Origin: the human T2T-CHM13v2.0 reference genome, Homo sapiens
DNA length: 64,000 nucleotides
Direction: 5' to 3' (one strand)
NCBI RefSeq assembly: GCF_009914755.1
Contig: NC_060928.1
The notes under the pieces were generated by a model. The model searched no databases and was not told the origin of the DNA. It worked only from the letters and a program-made list of their open reading frames with translations. This document shows positions 40,085 to 52,764 of the stretch, piece after piece; positions within the stretch are counted from its first letter, which is position 1; the number at the start of each line of letters is the position of its first letter. The translations under genes and the position numbers were made by a program.

Positions 40085-42850
40085 GAATTCAAATGAACAA
40101 TTTAGCCTTGCACATAAAGGAACCAGAAAAAATAAAATAAAATAAAATAAAATAAAACATTTTTAAAAAGCTAGCAGGAGAAAATAAATAATTGAAATTA
40201 GAAAAAACTGAATGAAATCAAGATGCAAAAATCCAATAAAAGATTAATGAAACTGAGATTTGTTTTTTTGGAAGAAAAAGAAAGATCCAAATAATCACAA
40301 TCAGAAACAGCAAACGTGATATTACTACTAATCCTGCAGAAATACAGAAGATTCTCAGTAACTACTATGAACAATATTAAACAAAGAAATTAGAAAATTT
40401 ATCAGTAAATGAATAAATTCCTGGAAGCACACAATCTCCCAAGATTGAATCTCAAGAAAGATATTGAAACCCTGAACAGACTAATACAAACTTGTAAAAT
40501 TAAATCAACATTAAATAACTACCAACCAAAAAGAGTCCTGGTATATATACATTTATAGCCAAATTCTACCAGGCATACAAAAAAGACTGATACCAATCTC
40601 ATTAACACTATTTCAAAAAGTTAAGGAGGAGATCTCCCCACTAACTCACTATAAAACCAGCGTTATCCTCATACCAAAATCTGTCAGAGACACAATAAAC
40701 AAAAACAAACTATAGACCAATATCCCAGATCAACATAGACACAAATATCCTCAACAAAATATTAACAAACTGAATCCAGCAGCAAATAAAAAAGTTAATA
40801 TACCATGATGAGGTAGGCTTTATTCCAGGGATATAAAGCTGGTTTAACATACACAAGGCAATAAATGTGATTCTACACAAAATCAGAATAAAAGACAAAA
40901 AACATATAATCATCTCAATAGAAGTAGAAAAATCTTTCTATAAATCTATTATTCCTTCATGACAAAAACCCTCAACAGACTAGGTGTCAAACGAACATAT
41001 CTCAAAATAATAAGGACCATGTATGAAAAACCCACATCCAACATCAAATTGAATGGGCAAAGGCTGGAACCATTCCCCTTTAGAACTAGAAATAGCCACA
41101 AAGAAAGTAAAATATGTAAGAATACAGCTAACCAAAGAGGTGAAATATCTCTAGCAGCAGAACTACAAAACACTGCTGAGAGAAGTCAGAGATGACACAA
41201 ATGGAAAAACAATTTATCCTCATGAATTGAACAATATCATTATAATTAATTTCATATGTCCAAAAGCAAGTTACAGATTCAATGCTATTCCTATCAAACA
41301 ACCAATGGCATTTTTCACAGAAATAGAAAACACTATTTAAAAACTTATATGGAACTAAACGAGAGCTCGAATACCCAAAGCAATCATGAGCAAAAAGTAT
41401 ATAGCCAGAGGCATCACACTGCCCAATGTCAAACTATGTAGTAAGACTACACTCTCCAAAACAGGATGGTATTGGTACAAAAACAGACACATAGACCAAA
41501 GGAACAGAATAGAAAACTCAGAAATAAAGCCATACACCCACAAACATCTGACTTTCAACAAGGCTGAGAAAAACAAGCAATGGGCAAAGGACTCCCTATT
41601 CAATAAATGGTCCTGGGATAACTGGCTAGCCATATGCACAGAAACCAAACTAGACCGTTATATTTTGCCATATGCAAAATTTAACTCAAGATGGATTAAA
41701 GATTTAAATGTAATACCAAAACTACAAAAATCCTAGAAGAAAACCTAGAAAATACCCATCTTAACATTGGCCTTGGGAAAAAATTTTTGGCTAAGACCTC
41801 AAAAGCAATCGAAACAAAAACAAAAATTGACAATTGGGACTCAATTAAACTAAAGAGCTTCTGCATGGCAAAAGAAACTATCAACAGGGAAAACAGAAAA
41901 CCTACAGAAAGGGAAAACATATTTGCAAATCATGCACGCAACAAAGGCCTAATATTCAGAATCTATAAGGAACTTAAAGAAATCGATAGGCAAAAACAAA
42001 CAACCCCATTGGAAAATGGGCAGAGAATATAAACAAACATTTCTCAAAAGAAGACATACAAGCAGCCAACAAACATATGAAAAAACGTTCATCATTATCA
42101 GCAGTCATCAGAGAAATGCAAATCAAAACCACAATGAAATGCCATCTCATACCACTCAGATGACTATTATTAAAATGTCAAAAAACAACAGATGCCAGTG
42201 ATGGTTTGGAGAAAAGAAAATGTTTATATACATCATTGGTGGGATGCAATTTAGTTCAGCCACTGCGCAGAGTAGTTTGGAGATTTCTCAAAGAAATTAA
42301 AATAGCTATATTGAACCAATTAGTTCCATTACTGGGTATATACCCAAAGGAAGAGAAATCATTCTACCAAAAAGATACATAGACTCATATGTTCATCACT
42401 TCACTGTTCACAACAGCAACAACATGGAATCAAGCCTGGTGCCAATGAATGGTTGAGTGGAGAACGAAATGTGTTACACACACACCATAGAATACTACAC
42501 AGCCATAAAAAGGATAAAAACATATCCTTTTCAGCATCATGGATGCAGTTGGACGCCATTATTCTACGTGAATTAATGGAGGTGGAGAAAACAAAATAGA
42601 GAATGTTCTTATAAGTGGGAGCTAAGCATTGAGCACACATGGTCATAAATATGGGAACAATAGGCACTGCAGGCTACTAGAGGCAAGCAGGAGAGAGTGG
42701 AGTGTGGTTTGAAAGCTGCCTGTTGGGTACTATCCTCACTACCTGGGTGACATGATCTGTACCCCTTCAGTATCACACAATATGCCCATATAACAAACCT
42801 GCACATACACCCCCTGTATCTAAAATAAAAGTTGAGATTATTTTTAAAAA
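40085..42850 (+). mobile_element. L1PA16/L1PB-like ORF2 and 3' UTR with internal deletions
   Basis: ORF2 peptides GITLPNVKL...[17 protein letters not shown]...[14 protein letters not shown]. 3' end cccctgtatctaaaataaaagttgag. The FADD region is missing at a junction near 41090. Confidence 0.9.
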
Positions 42851-43770
42851 GTAAAATGACAAACTACAGATTGGGAGAAAATATTTGCAATTCTTATATC
42901 TCGTAAGTGTCTAGTATTCATAATAAATAAAGAATGCTTTCAACTTATTCACATAAAGACAAATAACCCAACTTTTAAGTGGTAAAGGATTTGAATAGAC
43001 ATTTCTCCAAAGAAGCAATATAAAGGGCTGCCAAACCTATGAAAATATAACATCATTAATTTGAGAAATGCAAATGCAAATCACAGTGAGATACCATTTC
43101 ACACTTACTAGGATAATTATACTAAAAAATAGAAGGTAAAAAGTGTTAGCAATGATCTAAAGAAATTAAAATCCTTGCACATTTCTGGTGCAAATGTAAA
43201 ATTGTACAACCATTGTGGAAAACAGTTTGGTGGTCCCTAAGAGAGTTAAAGATAAAATGACCACATGACCCATTTGTTCTGCTTCTACATATTTATCTAA
43301 AAGAATTGAAGAGGTGCACAAAAAAATTTATATTCATGCATGTTCAATAGTAAAAAGAGGAACCAACTCCAATGTTCATAAATGAATACATGGATAAATA
43401 AATCATGATAAATCAATACAATCAAATATTATTCTTTTATAAAAATGGAATGAGATACTGATATATGCTTCAGCATTGATGAACCTCAAAAGCATGATTC
43501 TAAATGAGAAGAGCTGGACACAAAAGGTCACCTATTCTATGACTCCATTTATGTGAAATACCTAGAATAAGTAAATCCATATACATAAAGCATATTGGAT
43601 TTGCCAGTGGCTGGAAAGAGGGCTGGATTTGGAAACTGCTTATTGGGTATTCAGTTTCTTTTGGGAGTGATAGACGTTCCAAAACACTATGAATCTAGTA
43701 AATGCCGTTTAATTTTTCACTTTAAACTAGTTAATGTTATATCGTGTGAAATTTCCTTCAGTATAAATGT
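42851..43770 (+). mobile_element. Old L1M (MB/MC-like) 3' region
   Basis: gacaaactacagattgggagaaaatatttgc...gacacaaaaggtcacctattctatgactccatttatgtgaaat...tcagtttcttttggg. Confidence 0.75.
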
Positions 43771-44252
43771 CAGTCATAAGTTTGATGAGATATCTATGAA
43801 TGATTTAGCATCTTGTAAAATCATTTCAAAACCTTTTGCTACATGTTGCAAGACATGTCTCTAAAGAGAAAATGTTGACTATTTTCTTCAAACATAATTT
43901 TTCACAATTCTTATTATTGGTTGTCTTTGTTGTTTTTTTGTTGTTGTTGTAAACGAACTAAATTGAAAAGTTTAAAATTGTGAGTTATAAAAGAAACACA
44001 TTTAATATGGAAAGTCTGTGATCAAATTCTAAAAATTACCATACATAATTATCAGTACTGTTTGCTAGAAGCCAGTCTGAGACGAAATTCTTGTTTCATC
44101 TTTTTCCAAATGTATTACAAAGGATGGACAATTTTTGTTTCCAAATCTGTTTTCTTTGAAAAAGTTAAAATTTAGGAATTAAAATGTGATTAATGATGTA
44201 ACTGCCATGAATTTTTTGAGAAATTAAATGTATGACTATATGTAAATAAATA

Positions 44253-44312
44253 AGATTCACACCACTGCACTTTAGCCTGGGCGACAGAGCGAGACTCAGT
44301 CTCAAAAAAAAA
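44253..44312 (+). mobile_element. Severely 5'-truncated Alu (3' tip)
   Basis: caccactgcactttagcctgggcgacagagcgagactcagtctc followed by poly(A). Confidence 0.9.
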
Positions 44313-44730
44313 GGATAAATTATAATGATAATAGTTGTTATTGTTGTTATTTTCTATCATCTTCTTGAGTTGCAGGTTTAACCTATCTCTTTTTCCCCCT
44401 AAATTGCAATGCTAATTTTGTTGTTGGCTAAATACGTATCTCCTGTCACTACACCATACTTGTTATAAATTCATTTGATAATTCTATCTTGTTTAGTTTT
44501 GATTAAACCATTCCTGTTTAAAACTTTGAAGATTATAAAATGTAGTAACTCATTTTTAAATGTACTCAAATGTATATTCAATAGTATAGTTACTGTTATA
44601 AATTCACAGACAAAATACCTCAATGATTCGTTCTCCTAAAGTCAATTATTTCTTAATATACAGTTCTTTAGTCAAACAAATAATGTTTGACTAAAGAGTC
44701 ATTAGTTACGTGTTTAGGATAAAAACCATT

Positions 44731-45190
44731 TGAAAATCCTGTCATTTGTGACAACATAGATGGAACTGGAGGACATTATGTTAAGTAAAATAGGCCAGGA
44801 AGAGAAAGCTAAACACCATGTTTTCACTCATAAATGGAAGCTAAAAAAAAGTTCATATCATGGAATTCTACAAACAGAGAATACTAAAGGCTGGGGAAGG
44901 GAGATTAAGAAGAGGTTTATTAAAGGATACAAAATTACCACTAGATAGGAGGAATAAATTCCAGTGTCCTCTACTACTGTAAGATGACTATAGTTAACAA
45001 TAATGCATTATATAGTTTTGAATAGATAGAAGAAGGATATTGAATGTTCCCAAAACAAAGAAATAAAAAATGTTTGAGATGACGGGTATGTTAACTACCC
45101 CACCTGATAACTATATATTATATGTATCAAAATATCATATGTACCCCATGAATATGTACAATTATTTTACAAAATAATTACAAAATAAAT
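44731..45190 (+). mobile_element. L1MA 3' UTR fragment
   Basis: aatcctgtcatttgtgacaacatagatggaactggaggacattatg...gtaccccatgaatatgtacaattatt. Confidence 0.8.
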
Positions 45191-45877
45191 TTATAAACAC
45201 ATAAGAAAACAAATACTATGTGTAAGAACAACATAAGTTAATAGTTATATTTCAAAAAGGAAAGTCTGGTGAAATGCATGTTAATTTCACCAATTGCTTT
45301 ATCTAACAAGATATTTAATATGAATATAAGTATAGTTTCTTACCATAATATTGTGTTTGACATTAAGGTATCATGTTCATGGAGGACATTCATTTCAATA
45401 GGTTTAACATCGTTCTATCCTTTCTACATAGTAGAAAGTAGATAAAAGTCCTCTAGTATCCTTTCCTTACTACAGTGTAGATGGGATCTCAAGATTGCTG
45501 GTTTGGTCGAATTTTTTTAGTTGCTTTTTCAAAGGTTGTTGAGAATTGTTAGCAACTTTAAAGACTATAATCCACAACAAATCTAATTACCTCTGGAAAA
45601 AATACAAAACAATTTTATTTTTCTATTTCTGACTCAAGGATAAAGATACATACATGTATAATTAAAATCACGTCTTTTAAACAGTTATTCAAAGTGGTGG
45701 AGGAAGTAACTTATTGAAATACTTTACATTTACAACTTTGGTAATAGTTGTAGTAGTTGTCCAAGTATCTATAACTGTTTTATGAATGAAGCTGTCACTT
45801 TCATAGATTTTTTTTACTTATAACTGAATTCCTGTTTATAAAAGCTTAATTATGAAAATATTTTAATTTAATTTTAA

Positions 45878-46098
45878 TGTATTCAGGCTGTCATAGCAAA
45901 ATTTCACAGACTGGGGGGCTTAAACAACAGACATTTATTTCTCACAGTTCTGGAGGTTGGGAAGTCCAAGCTCAAGGTACAGGCAAGGCAGATTTATTCT
46001 GAGATCTCTTCTCTTGTCTAGCAGGTGGCTGTCACTTAGCTGTATCCTCATTTGACCTCTTATTAGTGTTTACACACAGAGAAAGAGAGAAAAAGAGT

Positions 46099-46138
<40 letters not shown>

Positions 46139-46332
46139 ATGAGCAGACAAGAGCTAGTTCTCTGAGGTCTCTTCTTACAACATCACTAATCCTAGCAGAT
46201 TATAGCCCCACCCTTATGGCCTTATTTAGCCTTAATCACTTCTATACAGGTCTTACCTCCAAATAGTCACATTGGAGGTTAGAGCTTCAACATATGAATT
46301 GTGGGTGAGGGGACACATTTTAGATCACAGCA
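45878..46332 (-). mobile_element. MLT1A-like MaLR solo LTR with internal (GA)n
   Basis: gggggcttaaacaacagacatttatttctcacagttctggagg...gcttcaacatatgaatt...ggggacacattt...cacagca. Confidence 0.8.
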
Positions 46333-46361
46333 GATAAATACATCTTTTGATGTTAAAATCC

Positions 46362-46524
46362 TTTCAGTTAAATTTCAGTATCAGTATAATGGAATATATT
46401 TTAAACAATTCCAGGGTTCGAAGAGAAAAACATTTACATTTTTCAGGCAAATTTCAGTATCAGTATAATGGAATATATTTTAAACAATTCCAGGGCTCAA
46501 AGAGGAAAATATTTACATTTTTTC
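46362..46524. repeat. 79-bp tandem duplication (2 copies)
   Basis: aaatttcagtatcagtataatggaatatattttaaacaattccaggg begins at both 46370 and 46449. Confidence 0.95.
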
Positions 46525-47465
46525 GTATTTACACAATTTGGAATTATATTAACTCTTCATATAAAAATCTGTGTTTTGAAATATTACTGTGGATAAATAC
46601 ACATTACTTAAAATAATTTTCAAAACAGCAAAATACAGAATGAGACAAAATGCTGATGAAGAAGATGTCTACCCATCAACAAACCATTAGCAATTCCAGC
46701 TTGTGCTCTACAATAAAACATGCTGTGTAGAAGTGATTGCATTTGAAGTTATTGGTACATTTGAATGCAAACTACCCAACCATGAAAAATGAGGCTTCCA
46801 TTTGCTATAAAAATAAATTAAGAGGCAATGCTTTGCTGGCAAAGCCATTTGAGCACCTCAGTTCATAACTATTCATGGTACCATTAACAGATGTCTTTGC
46901 TCGCACTGTGAGCTGCCTTATGATATTGTTATATTCAGCATTGTTTTATATCTAAAGTGAATGTAGGAAACTTGTTTGAGGATATAATAAAACCTATCCC
47001 AATGTAGAGATCCTGTGGGAAATTATACAATAATGTTACCTACATAACTAATTTTCTTCTTATGAAATCATGATTCCCACTACACTTTTAGAGCTATTGA
47101 AACTATTGTTTAGCATCACCATTTCCATGTTAATATCTCAGTAAATCACACAAATGTAATACTTGGTGCAGAAAGTGAGCCATTTCCTTTGGGAACATGA
47201 GTTTTCACTTCTAAATAAAAAGTTGCATGAAGTGAATACTAAGCATGTTGCATGTTGCTTATTGACATTAAAAGTACTTTTTTTCTTAAAAGAATAACTT
47301 TCTCCAAGGTAAGCCATGGAGCTAGGGACTAGTATATTTAAATAAGAGAGATTTAAGGAAAAAATGTAATTGTTGCTTTTGCCAATTCTCTATTGATTTA
47401 AAATTTCTAGAAAATATTTAAGAATATGCTCAAGTAATATCTTTTAAAAAATCTGTCATCAAAGT

Positions 47466-47486
47466 GCACACACACACACACACACT
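47466..47486. repeat. (CA)n microsatellite
   Basis: Read directly: about 10 units. Confidence 0.9.
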
Positions 47487-48579
47487 GTGAAAGGCAATGA
47501 ATGTGGTGCAGAGATTAGTTTACATTAACAAAAACAAGCAACAACAATAATCTTTTAAAAAAAAACTTTACTTGACATATGAGGTAAAAAAATTGCATGT
47601 GTTTAAAAAATTTATTCCTGGATCTCTGTTTCCTCATTCCTAGAATAAAGATAATAATTCACATTCCATGCAAAGATTAAGTTAGACAAGGATTAGAAAA
47701 ATATACAATCAATGTGGAAAATGTAGTATCTGCTTGAAAGTTGGTGACTATATTTTATCCTCTTAATTATTTGTCTTCGCATTTGCCTCTGAGGACATAT
47801 ACCATTACACACACTTATTAAAAACACAGCTACCAAAAGACCCATGAAATTTTCCTTTGTATTACTTTAGGCCTCAACTGCTATTGAAAACAGCAGTTGA
47901 CAGTAATAATTCAGGATGAAGAGCTTTTCAGCCATAATCTCTTAAGAAAAAACTATAGCAAAAACAGAAAAACTAAAAGATAACGTAAATTACACGTTGA
48001 AAATAAAACAACTTCTTCACCCCTTCCCATTATTTTGCCAGAATATCAGAGCTCCTTGTGCAAATTCAGATGACTTTTACCAAGTAATCTTAAACAGTTT
48101 TGAGTCTTTCTCTTTTGTAGATATGCTATTTAATATTATTACTTAGTTTGGAATTTGATAATCCTGAAAAGTTGAAGATAAATCTGATTCGAATGAACCC
48201 ATACATATGCATTTTCCTTGTCTATACCATGAATATTATTATACTTCTCTCTGCTTATGTAGAAGAATCAAAACTAATCATCATTAGTAGGAAGCATATA
48301 ACCCAGTTGGTGAGACAAAACAGACAAGAGACCGCATGGTGACACAATTTCTAAGCAATATGAAACAGCATGTATTACTTATATGCTAAAGGTCATGAGC
48401 ATGGAAAAAATTGCAATGTGGGACATAGCTCTTGATAAATACAATGAAAGTATGCCTGAAAGAAAGTGCAAAAACGATAGCAAATTTAGTTGAAATAGCT
48501 TTTGTCATATAATACTAAAGTTGAACAAGGTTGAACATATGTATTTCAGCTATAATAATAGTTTTTCTTACCTTTATAA

Positions 48580-48875
<296 letters not shown>

Positions 48876-48884
48876 TCCTTTATA

Positions 48885-49635
48885 ATTTTTTAAAATTGTG
48901 GTAAAACATATATAATAGAAAGTTTAGCATTGTAACCATTTATAGGTCTACAATTTAGTGGCTTTAAGTACATCACACTGTCCAATTATTACCACCATCC
49001 ATCATCACCAGAACTTTTCTCATCTTACCGAACTGAAACTACTCATTAAACAATAATTCCCACTTTATGTTTCTATACATGTGTTTATTCTAGGCACCTC
49101 TTATAAGTAGAATAATATCATATTTGTACTTTTGTGACTGGCTTATTTCACTGAGCATAATATATTCAGAGTCCACCCACATTGTAGCACGTGCCAGAGT
49201 TTCCTTCCTTTTAAAGGCTGGTTAATATTCCACTGAATGTATATACCACATTTTGTTTATTTATTCATCCATCAATGAACACTTGGGTTGCTTTCACCTT
49301 GTAGCTATTCTGAATAATACTATTATAAACATGGGTGTACAAAAATTTCTGTTTGAGTACCTTATTTTCAGTTCATTTTGTATAGATGAGTAAAATTGCT
49401 GGATTGTATGGATTCTACTTTTAATTTTTAGAGGAATTTCCATACTCTATTTCATAGTGGCTACATCATCTATCATTTCCAACAACAGAGCACAAGGATT
49501 CCAATTTCTTTACAGCATAACCAACATATATATATTTTTAATAATAGCTACCTAATGCAGACAAAGTGATATCTCATCTTTTCATATGCTTATTGGCTGT
49601 ATGTATATTATTTGAAAAGTATGTCTATTCAAGCA
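48885..49635 (-). mobile_element. L1MB 3' region
   Basis: aaaattgtggtaaaacatatataatagaaagtttagcattgtaaccattt...ttccttccttttaaaggctg...gtctattcaag. Confidence 0.8.
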
Positions 49636-50175
49636 CATGTAAATATATACTATGTATTATATGTCAAGTATACCTCCATAAATATTTATTTAAAAATACA
49701 TCAAAAGTTTGAAAAGTGTTTAAATCCAAATGATTAGTAAACTCTCTAAACTTTCAGAAAGATGAAAACTCTAACAAAGGAGAGTACCAAGAAATCTCAA
49801 GTATTTAAAAATGCACATTAGAGAAAAAATAATGCCAGGAAATCAAATTCAGTATCCTAGAAAAATGCTAATTAAATTATTTAATACTCATATTTTTGAG
49901 TGCTTTAATATATTAGGATCTGTTCTGGTTACTGAAGTAGAAATCTCTTCAAACTAGGCAGTCTTTTTTCATATGAACCTTCATTGAGTTTAAATTCTGG
50001 TCATGGAGATTATGTAATCAAAAGTATAGAGTAGGAATAAACATTGACTTTTATCAAATGACATTCAATGTATTTGTTTCAGATTAGAATAACTTATTAA
50101 TTGTACTTATCAGTACATATCTCAATATCAAAAAGTGCATCACTATATATATATCAATAACATAAAGCACATCAT

Positions 50176-50301
50176 GCCAGGCATCGTGGCTCATGTCTAT
50201 AATCCCAGTGATTTGGGAGGCCAAGGGAGAAGCATCATTTGAGGTCAGGATCTCAACCTGAGCAACACAGTGAGACACTGTCTCCACAAAAAATAAAATA
50301 A
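50176..50301 (+). mobile_element. FLAM / Alu monomer
   Basis: gccaggcatcgtggctcatgtctataatcccag...gcaacacagtgagacactgtctc followed by an A-tail. Confidence 0.85.
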
Positions 50302-50431
50302 GTGCTGGAAACTGTTGCCATTCTGTAAGTGACACCCTCTTTCAAAGAAAATCCAGGGGGAGTCTGGAAACCTTGATTAATACAACATTTTTTTCTGTCA
50401 TTGTGACTTTTGTTGTTGTTGTTGTTAGAAA

Positions 50432-50905
50432 TTTCCCAGCTTTATTGAGGTATAAATTAACAAATACAAATTGTATATATTTAAGGTGTATAACATGTTG
50501 TACATATACCTTGTGAAATGATTGTTACAATCAAGCTTATTAACATACCCATTGCTTCATATATTTACTTATTTGTGGTGAGAACATTTAAGATTTTGTC
50601 TCTTAGCAAATTTCAAAGATACAACACAGTATTATTAGCTATAGTCACCATGCTGTACATTAGATCTCCAGAATTCATTCATACTACAAAATTGAAAATT
50701 TGTACCCTTCGATCAAAATTTCCCCATTTTTCCTACCCAAAGTCCCTGGCAACCACCTTATGAGTTCATCTTTTTTAGATTCTACCTATAAAAGAGAGAT
50801 AAAGCTGTATTTGTTTTTCTGTGCCTGGATTATTTCACCTTGTGTAGTGTTCTACAGGTTTATTGATGTTGCAACAAATGACAGTTTCCTTCTTTTTTTG
50901 GAGAT
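50432..50905 (-). mobile_element. L1MA (about MA8-9) 3' UTR
   Basis: cagctttattgaggtataa...gctatagtcaccatgctgtacattagatctccagaa. Confidence 0.8.
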
Positions 50906-50911
50906 AAGGAC

Positions 50912-51558
50912 TTTATTTATTTTTATTTTTTAAATTTAATTTTTTATTCTTATTTTATATATCAATAGGTTTTGGGGGAACAGGTGGTGTTTGGTTACAT
51001 GAATAAGTTTTTTAGTGGTGATTTCTGAAGATTTGGCGTACCCATCACCTAAACAATGAACACTGTACCCAATGTGTAGTCTTTTATCCTTTGCCACTCA
51101 CCCTCCACTTTCCCCAGTCTCCAAAGTCCAATGTATTGTTCTTATGCCTTTGCATCCTTGTAGCTTAGCTCCCATACATGAGTGAGAACATAAAATGTTT
51201 GGTTTTCCATTCCTGAGTTACTTCACTTAGAATAATAGTCTCCAATTCCATACAGGTTGCTGTGAATGCCATTATTTCATTCCTCTACATAGCTGAGTTG
51301 AATTCCATGTTGTGTGTATATATCGTGTGTGTGTGTGTGTGTGTATGTATAACATTTTTATATATATAACACATATATATGTAATATATAACACATATAT
51401 GTAACACATATATGTAACACACATATATAACACATATATATGATATATATATGATATATATATATATATATCACATTTTCTTTATCCATTCATTGGCTGA
51501 TGGGCATTTGGGCTGGTTCCACGTTTTTGCAATTGCAACTTGTGCTGCTATAAACATT
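50912..51558 (-). mobile_element. L1PB1-like 3' UTR with internal (TG)/(TA)-rich simple repeat
   Basis: aataggttttgggggaacaggtggtgtttggttacatgaataagt...acccatcacc, with the simple repeat at ~51312-51472. Confidence 0.85.
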
Positions 51559-52400
51559 TGAGTTGTATTTCAGCTCACTCTTAAGCCATTGTCCTGATTA
51601 TTCAGACTCCTGCTTGTATCACAATGGTTCTTACTTTTGAATTCCCAGTATAATCACTTATTTGGAAACACTGGTGTGTTCAGTCATTGATCTCAAAACA
51701 ATTTCACTATAACAAAGTGGCTGGATGTGAAGGGCTTCCTCCTCCATTCACACACTGTCACCATGCCAGCTTTTCCTGAAGAAGCCATAGATCATGGTGC
51801 TGAAACCAAAACTCTAGATCTCATTTTCCCTTTTCTCTTAGAGGCCATTTTCTCAGTATGGACCTCTTTTACAGCAATCAGTATATTATAAAATTTTACT
51901 AATATTAAACTTAATGAAGACAGTCATAGTATGTATTGTTTCAGGGAAACGAAATCTTGTCTTTTACATAATGTTTCTCATCCTCTTTTCAAAATCTTCA
52001 CATTTTTGCATACAAAAGCTGCCTTTACATAATTACAACAAAGTTGTTTAACCTTTTCCCCACGACAATATCAGAGAAGTCATGCAACTTCCATGTTACC
52101 AATCCAGACACAAGAAAATGCACAGTATGTCTGACTTGGTGCACCTGACAAGAAAGAGGTAGTATCTTCTTTTGACCAAATAACTAAATAAATAAAACTT
52201 TAAAAATAGTAAAGCTTTCTGAACTGGAAACTACACTCTTTGGAATGAGCTTTAGAATATGATAAAGGACTTTCCAGGTTAAAAAAAATGTATAAGGATG
52301 TTAAAAACAAGGTTTTTAAAAAAATAAAAATACAAAGTGGGTATAATTTTATCAAAAATATAATATAGGTTTTCAAAAATTAAACAACATAAAGAACTAA

Positions 52401-52764
52401 TGACATAGTTTGGCTCTGTGTCTCCACCCAAATTTTGTGTGGGATTTTAATCCCCACATGTCAGGGGAGGGACCTGGTGGGAGGTGATTAGGTCATGAGG
52501 GCGGATTTCCCTCATGCTGTTCTCCTGATAGTGAGCATTCTCAGGAAAACTGATGGTTTAAAAGTGTGGCACCTCCCTGCTCACTCTCTCTCTCTCCTGC
52601 GGCCATGTAAGAGGTGCCTGCTTCCCCTTCACCTTCTGTTATGATTGTAAGTTTTCTGAGGCCTTTCCAGACATGTGGAACTGTGAGTCAATTAAACATC
52701 TTTTCTTTATAAATTACCCAGTCTCAGATAGTTCTTTATAGCACTGTGAAAATGGACTAATAAA
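52401..52764 (+). mobile_element. THE1D-like MaLR solo LTR
   Basis: tgacatagtttggctctgtgtctccacccaaat...gtgaaaatggactaataaa with near TSD actaa/actat. Confidence 0.85.

Noticed and set aside
47874-47900. 9-bp stem tcaactgct...agcagttga (and similar 7-8 bp stems at ~45421 and ~58612)
   Set aside because: Stems this short are expected by chance in 64 kb of AT-rich DNA.
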